Assembly: GCA_964484335.1 (NCBI GenBank)
Contig: CAZAGA010000002.1
Span: 1-35,579 of the forward strand
Direction: 5' to 3'
DNA from: an uncultured Anaerolineaceae bacterium
Lineage (GTDB): Bacteria; Chloroflexota; Anaerolineae; Anaerolineales; UBA4823
Length of the DNA stretch: 35,579 bases
Shown here: piece by piece, positions 32,063 through 35,579 of the stretch
Position numbering within the stretch: the first letter of the stretch is position 1
Layout of the letters: every line of letters starts with the position of its first letter
Notes under the pieces: generated by a model
The model's input: the letters and a program-made list of their open reading frames with translations, nothing else
Told to the model about the DNA's origin: nothing
The model's database searches: none
Program-made: the position numbers and the translations under genes

Positions 32063-34542
32063 AATCACGCCGCATCCTGATCTTCTTCCTGGTATGGACC
32101 TTGTTTTTCGCGAGCGCCTGCGATTCAACCGTGTTCCAGAGGCTCTCTGAGACTTCCAAACCCCCTGAGACCTATTCAGAAGCGGCAAAGGAGCAGCAAG
32201 CACTGGGCGCCGTACAACCTTCCAGCTCTGCGCCGGTACTGCCAGTCACTGAAGTCGATTTCAGAGTTCAGATTCCCGAAAACACACCTACCACAGATTC
32301 AATTTACTTAACCTTACTGGATGAAGTTACCGGCCTGTATTTGAACGCGCGCAGCTACCCGTTAACGCTTGATACGGATTCGGGCATCTTTTCAACCCGG
32401 CTCCAGCTTCCAGTTGGCTCATTGGTGAAGTATCGCTACGAACGCCAGGGTGACCAACTCCGGGTCGCCGAACATATTTCGGATGGCAGCCCGGTGCGCT
32501 ACCGAATGCTGGCCATTTTTGGGCCTGTCAGCACGGAGGATGTAGTCGGTCGCTGGACAGACACAGAATACCTGGCCGCCAGCGGTCGCATCGCCGGTCG
32601 GGCTACGGACGCAGCTACAGGACAAGGCATCCCGAACCTGCTGGTCAGCGCCGGCGGGGCACAGGCCTTTACTACTTCGGATGGCTCGTTCTTGATTGAA
32701 GGTCTTCCACCTGGGATCCATAACCTGGTCGGATATGCACTGGATGGCTCTTACCACATTTTCCAACAAGGCGCCGAAGTTGCAGCCGACTCTACCACCC
32801 CCGCGCCAATCAGCCTGTTACCTGCCTCCCTGGTCAAGCTGACTTTTGAAGTCAGTGTTCCCGCCAACACGCCACCGGTGATCGTTCCCATTCGGATGGC
32901 CGGCAACCTGTCCCAACTTGGAAATACTTTTGGCACGCTGACCGGCGGCGTCAGCGTCTTGGCTTCCCGGATGCCAGTCCTAACCCCGTTGGCCGATGGT
33001 CGTTACCAGCTCACACTCCAACTACCAGCTGGCGCTTATATCCAATATAAGTACACCATCGGAGACGGTTACTGGAATGCAGAGCACGGCGCTGATGGCG
33101 CTTTTCTCTTACGCCAACTGATCGTACCGGAAGAGGACACAACTATCCAGGACGTGGTGGCAACCTGGGAAACTAACCCTGGCGAGACCTTGACTTTCGA
33201 TGTCACCGCGCCGGCGAACACCCCGGACGGCGATTTTGTGTCTATCCAATTGAATCCATTATTTGGCTGGACAGAGCCGATCCCAATGTGGTCCCTGGGT
33301 GGAAATCGCTGGGCCTACGTCTTGTACAGCCCGCTGAACTTGCCCGGCAACCTGAGCTATCGTTATTGCCGGAACAACCAGTGCGGACAGGCTGACGATG
33401 TTGCCACGCCTGGCTTATATGGCCAGGGCAAGACGATCAACCTGGACCAGCTCCCCCAGCAGTTCAAGGAGAATATCACGGGTTGGGTGGGATTAGACCA
33501 GGCCGTTGATCCGGCATTGGTAGCAACCCCGGTTGTGTTAACCCGTAGCGCGGCTCTGGCTACTGGCGTTGAGTTCTCGGCCGCTTTTCATCCCTCCTGG
33601 CAGCCATTGCTTCCCAAGGCCATTGAGAGAATTCGGACGCTTGGTGCCAACTGGCTGGTGATCCAACCGACCTGGCAGGCCATGCGCGCCAATCCGCCGG
33701 TGTACGAAGTAACCGCCGGGCGAGATCCAAACTGGTCGGAGTTGGTAAGTACGATCGAGACAGCCCACGAGCAAGGTTTGAAAGTAGCGTTGCGACCTTC
33801 GATCGCATTTCCGGGTCCGGCTCCAACCTGTGAAATCGCCCCCTGCCCGACCCCCGCAGACCTGTGGTGGCAAGCGGCAACCCGTGACTATAGTTGGTGG
33901 TTTGTCTGGTTTGAGCATTACAAGAGCTTCCTTTTGCACCATGCTGACATGGCATCCCAGGCTGGCGTAGATACTTTAATCTTGGGCGGCAAATGGCTTA
34001 ACCCAGCCTTGCCCAACGGGGTCCTGTTCGATGGGAGTCCTTCGGGGGTCTTATTGGAATCGGAAGACCTCTGGCGTAAGTTAATCAGCGAGGTACGCCA
34101 GCGCTACACCGGTCAAGTGGCTTGGGGGATGTCCTATCGTGAAGGGCAAATCTTGCCACCCTTCCTGGATGCGGTAGACCAGGTTTACCTGGATTGGCTG
34201 ATCCCAGCTGCCAGCCCAGACGAAGCTTTGCCAACCATCGAAGATCTCACCTTCTCACTCGGCCAGGTGTTGGATGGGCGGATTCTGGAAATTCAGACTG
34301 CAATTGGAAAGCCTTTGACCCTGGTTACCCAGATCCCTTCCGAGCACGGCCTGGATTGGCAGGCGCTGGCAACTAACGCGCTGCTTGAGGCAATCAACCA
34401 ACGAGATTGGATTGCCGGGGTGGTAACAGGGAATTATTACCCGGCAGCCCAAATCCAGGATGCGTCGAGCTCAGTCCACGGAAAACCGGCCGAAGCCGTA
34501 TGGCAAGCCTGGTACCTGGCCTGGCAGACCAACCAACCCTAG
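32059..34542 (+). CDS. Large lipoprotein with three CBM-like beta-sandwich modules, a CarboxypepD_reg-like module and a C-terminal glycoside-hydrolase-like region (function uncertain)
   Basis: 827 aa. Signal peptide plus lipobox MKSRRILIFFLVWTLFFASAC. Thrice-repeated pattern FxVxxPxNTP...Y(K/R)Y. GRATDAATGQGIPNLLVSAGG...TTSDGSFLIEGLPPGIHNL is CarboxypepD_reg-like. The C-terminal GANWLVIQPTW...AHEQGLKVALRP...GVDTLILGG resembles TIM-barrel glycosidases. Confidence 0.5.
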   Translation: MKSRRILIFFLVWTLFFASACDSTVFQRLSETSKPPETYSEAAKEQQALGAVQPSSSAPVLPVTEVDFRVQIPENTPTTDSIYLTLLDEVTGLYLNARSYPLTLDTDSGIFSTRLQLPVGSLVKYRYERQGDQLRVAEHISDGSPVRYRMLAIFGPVSTEDVVGRWTDTEYLAASGRIAGRATDAATGQGIPNLLVSAGGAQAFTTSDGSFLIEGLPPGIHNLVGYALDGSYHIFQQGAEVAADSTTPAPISLLPASLVKLTFEVSVPANTPPVIVPIRMAGNLSQLGNTFGTLTGGVSVLASRMPVLTPLADGRYQLTLQLPAGAYIQYKYTIGDGYWNAEHGADGAFLLRQLIVPEEDTTIQDVVATWETNPGETLTFDVTAPANTPDGDFVSIQLNPLFGWTEPIPMWSLGGNRWAYVLYSPLNLPGNLSYRYCRNNQCGQADDVATPGLYGQGKTINLDQLPQQFKENITGWVGLDQAVDPALVATPVVLTRSAALATGVEFSAAFHPSWQPLLPKAIERIRTLGANWLVIQPTWQAMRANPPVYEVTAGRDPNWSELVSTIETAHEQGLKVALRPSIAFPGPAPTCEIAPCPTPADLWWQAATRDYSWWFVWFEHYKSFLLHHADMASQAGVDTLILGGKWLNPALPNGVLFDGSPSGVLLESEDLWRKLISEVRQRYTGQVAWGMSYREGQILPPFLDAVDQVYLDWLIPAASPDEALPTIEDLTFSLGQVLDGRILEIQTAIGKPLTLVTQIPSEHGLDWQALATNALLEAINQRDWIAGVVTGNYYPAAQIQDASSSVHGKPAEAVWQAWYLAWQTNQP

Positions 34543-34546
34543 AAGA

Positions 34547-35308
34547 TTGGGAGCCCTGGAGTTATCATTGCCTGGGCCAATCAGTACAGTCATATTGATT
34601 TCGGCAGAAATCGAATGGCGGGCGGTGCGAGATTTTTATCCCACCGCCCGATTAACTGATTGTCCTTTTGGGAAATGGTTCTATGCCAACCAGGTGGAGA
34701 ATCAGATTTTCCCCTGTGCGCAAAAAAACTCGGGCAAATTAGTCTTTTTCCAGGGTGGTTGGGGGAAAATATCGGCTGCCGCATCCACCCAATATGTCAT
34801 CGATCGTTGGCAACCTCGGCTGCTGGTTAACCTGGGCACCTGTGGAGGTTTTGCCAGCCTGGTTGAACGCGGCGAGACTCTCCTGGTCGAAAAGACCCTG
34901 GTTTATGATTTGATCGAGCAAATGGGTGATGCGCAAAGCGCCCTTGATCATTACACGACCCTGATTGACTTGAGCTGGCTGGTTGAGCCGCCACCAATCC
35001 CGATCCGGCGAAGCCTGTTGGTTTCGGGTGATCGCGATTTAGTTACTTCGGAGATAGATTTCCTCCATGAGCAATTTGGCGCGATTGCCGGCGACTGGGA
35101 ATCGGGTGCAATTGCCTGGACAGCCAAGCGAAATCACACGCCGATCATCATTCTGCGCACAGTCACCGACCTGGTCAGTAGCCAGGGCGGCGAAGCTTAT
35201 GGGAGCCTGGAATTCTTCACCCAGGCTGCCGGAGAAGCGATGAACCGGTTACTCAAAAGCCTTCCAGACTGGCTAAGATTATTTAATGCGAGGCAGAACG
35301 AGGTTTAA
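34547..35308 (+). CDS. PNP_UDP_1-family nucleosidase (MTA/SAH nucleosidase-like)
   Basis: VILISAEIEWRA (beta1 plus catalytic-Glu region), NLGTCGG and GDWESGAIAWTAKRNHTPIIILRTVTDLV parallel the MTAN motifs. The start is uncertain: TTG 34547 or TTG 34568. The track start at 34460 would overlap the upstream gene by 83 nt. Confidence 0.65.
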   Translation: MGALELSLPGPISTVILISAEIEWRAVRDFYPTARLTDCPFGKWFYANQVENQIFPCAQKNSGKLVFFQGGWGKISAAASTQYVIDRWQPRLLVNLGTCGGFASLVERGETLLVEKTLVYDLIEQMGDAQSALDHYTTLIDLSWLVEPPPIPIRRSLLVSGDRDLVTSEIDFLHEQFGAIAGDWESGAIAWTAKRNHTPIIILRTVTDLVSSQGGEAYGSLEFFTQAAGEAMNRLLKSLPDWLRLFNARQNEV

Positions 35309-35579
35309 ACCCAGTTCGCTTTCATCCAGTCGATCGTATCCTTTAAATTTACTGAATTTGCAAAATCGATCATGTCGGGAACTCGTCTGACATCATCAAG
35401 CGGGATGGAGACTCCGGGCGGGAATTTCGGCGCCAGGCGGTGGTAGTGGTTGCCCAGGATTTGTCTGCATTGAAAATCGGCGATCCCGTTCACCCCGTCC
35501 ATCATCAGGCTGATCAACGGCTTGACCCATTGAGCATAGCCCCAGTCCAGGTTCTGACCTTTGATATAGGTCATTGAGG
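35305..35579 (-). CDS. C-terminal fragment of a possible patatin-like phospholipase (frame open to the window edge)
   Basis: LDWGYAQWVKPLISLMMDGVNGIADFQCRQILGNHYHRLAPKFPPGVSIPLDD resembles the C-terminal G..L.W..PLIDI..DG..D.VDYQ...LLG..Y.R......MDD region of bacterial patatins. The frame is open upstream of Met 35574, so the catalytic part, if any, lies outside the window. Confidence 0.4.
   Translation of the reverse strand, partial: SMTYIKGQNLDWGYAQWVKPLISLMMDGVNGIADFQCRQILGNHYHRLAPKFPPGVSIPLDDVRRVPDMIDFANSVNLKDTIDWMKANWV

Noticed and set aside
34460-34546. Track start of the nucleosidase ORF, overlapping the lipoprotein gene by 83 nt.
   Set aside because: The N-terminal 29 residues (MRRAQSTENRPKPYGKPGTWPGRPTNPRR) look like out-of-frame translation of the upstream gene. 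The conserved nucleosidase fold begins near VILISAEIEW, so a TTG at 34547 or 34568 is more plausible.
1-35579. Genomic-island or mobile-element boundaries (integrase, transposase, tRNA target, long direct repeats).
   Set aside because: I saw no recombinase-like ORF, tRNA gene or flanking repeat by eye. Apart from the AT-richer STAND gene, nothing supports an island. Long-range repeat detection would need a computational self-alignment that I cannot perform.

Overview
This 35.6 kb bacterial chromosomal window is gene-dense. A few hand-counted lines give roughly 55-60% GC. I support 30 protein-coding genes and find no rRNA, tRNA, CRISPR array, transposase or integrase. A DUF385/deazaflavin-type reductase, a DUF4332 protein and non-pyrrolysine MttB homologues would fit a Chloroflexota-like host, but that is a guess. 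The left part (1-14.6 kb) holds housekeeping and accessory metabolism. It includes a LysM protein fragment, an SDR, RarD, a hyper-acidic DUF4332 membrane protein and a small Pmp3/YqaE gene missing from the ORF track. It also includes a tight 7-gene plus-strand array (two M20 amidohydrolases, DUF385 reductase, MFS, CrtI-like oxidoreductase, YbaK-like deacylase), DegV and a C-terminally truncated GH3 enzyme. The centre (14.7-31.1 kb) is one co-directional 11-gene minus-strand array with overlaps or gaps of 40 nt or less, behind a good sigma70-like promoter at 31133-31160. In transcription order it encodes a possible C45/Ntn-hydrolase-like protein, an effector-less AAA_16/TPR STAND ATPase that is AT-richer than its neighbours, then MttB-family methyltransferase, corrinoid protein and a second MttB paralogue. 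AzlC and AzlD follow, and then a four-gene translationally coupled module: degenerate Walker-A-only helicase, complete UvrD-type SF1 helicase without nuclease domain, stand-alone Fe-S PD-(D/E)XK (Cas4/AddB-type) nuclease, and RecJ. This split AddAB-like plus RecJ module is my best candidate for an undescribed system. The STAND ATPase with its upstream partner and the dual-MttB/AzlCD cluster come next. The right end has a membrane protein behind a sigma54-like -24/-12 element, a large lipoprotein with three CBM-like modules, a PNP_UDP-family nucleosidase and a patatin-like fragment at the window edge. All functional calls rest on motifs read by eye from the translations. No database search was run.
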